Shown: piece by piece, positions 63,656 through 64,000 of the stretch
Layout: each line of letters starts with the position of its first letter
How positions within the stretch are numbered: the first letter of the stretch is position 1
Origin: Fimicolochytrium jonesii
Taxonomy: Eukaryota
Reading direction: 5' to 3'
Length of the DNA stretch: 64,000 nucleotides
Assembly: GCF_025526975.1 (NCBI RefSeq)
Contig: NW_026515668.1
Coordinates: forward strand, 1-64,000
The notes under the pieces: generated by a model
Databases searched by the model: none
Told to the model about the DNA's origin: nothing
What the model saw: the letters and a program-made list of their open reading frames with translations, nothing else
Position numbers and translations under genes: made by a program

Positions 63656-64000
63656 ATGTCCACCGACATACCTAGGGAAGATATAGTCGCCGCAGAACCG
63701 GCAGCCGACGACCACACCGTCGTAGTCCACAACAACACCATAACCACATTCAACTCAACCCCCTCCTACGTCTTGAGGACCTACAGCGAAGTCAAACTGG
63801 ACCGCACCGTCACCTTCCGCGGCCACCAGCTCCATATCGAATACCTGAAAGGCTCTTACGAAAACACCTGGATGAACGAAACCGAGCTCAGAATCCTGCT
63901 TACGGCCGAAGACACGGACGGCAAACCGCAGGCGGAGTTATTCTTCTGGGACTACATGCATGATTATCACCAGAACGTTGACCCGGAGCTGACTGTTGAT
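63656..64000 (+). CDS. hypothetical protein, runs off the window edge
   Basis: CCGCCATG start followed by 115 open codons to the end of the window. Confidence 0.55.
   Translation, partial: MSTDIPREDIVAAEPAADDHTVVVHNNTITTFNSTPSYVLRTYSEVKLDRTVTFRGHQLHIEYLKGSYENTWMNETELRILLTAEDTDGKPQAELFFWDYMHDYHQNVDPELTVD

Noticed and set aside
1..64000. tRNA or rRNA genes
   Set aside because: No cloverleaf with A/B boxes or rRNA-like segment was recognised by eye; tRNAscan-SE or Infernal would be needed to exclude them.

Overview
This is eukaryotic genomic DNA with short GT-AG spliceosomal introns. It is most likely a flagellated (zoosporic, chytrid-type) fungus, because it carries an axonemal dynein assembly factor gene (DNAAF1/ODA7), fungal-type housekeeping genes and (TTAGGG)n-type repeats. 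Host genes recognised: Golgi apyrase YND1, an SPFH/prohibitin protein, an S41 peptidase, a Kelch-repeat membrane protein, an alpha-arrestin, derlin, a GNAT acetyltransferase, IPI1/TEX10, DNAAF1, a small TPR protein, a MOV10/SDE3-like RNA helicase, synaptobrevin, UTP21 and a KIN4-like kinase. The main result is an accessory island at about 2.1-8.7 kb. It holds a Fanzor (eukaryotic TnpB-like RNA-guided RuvC nuclease) gene that the ORF track misses because it is split by at least six phase-consistent introns and four in-frame TGA stops. Spliced by hand, the core is about 640 codons and keeps all three RuvC motifs and the zinc finger. Next to it are a candidate omegaRNA hairpin just downstream, hairpin-forming direct repeats upstream, a DIRS/Ngaro-type RNase H remnant, a repeat shared between a Fanzor intron and that remnant, and an interstitial telomeric tract. 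All assignments come from motif recognition by eye; no database search or folding program was run.
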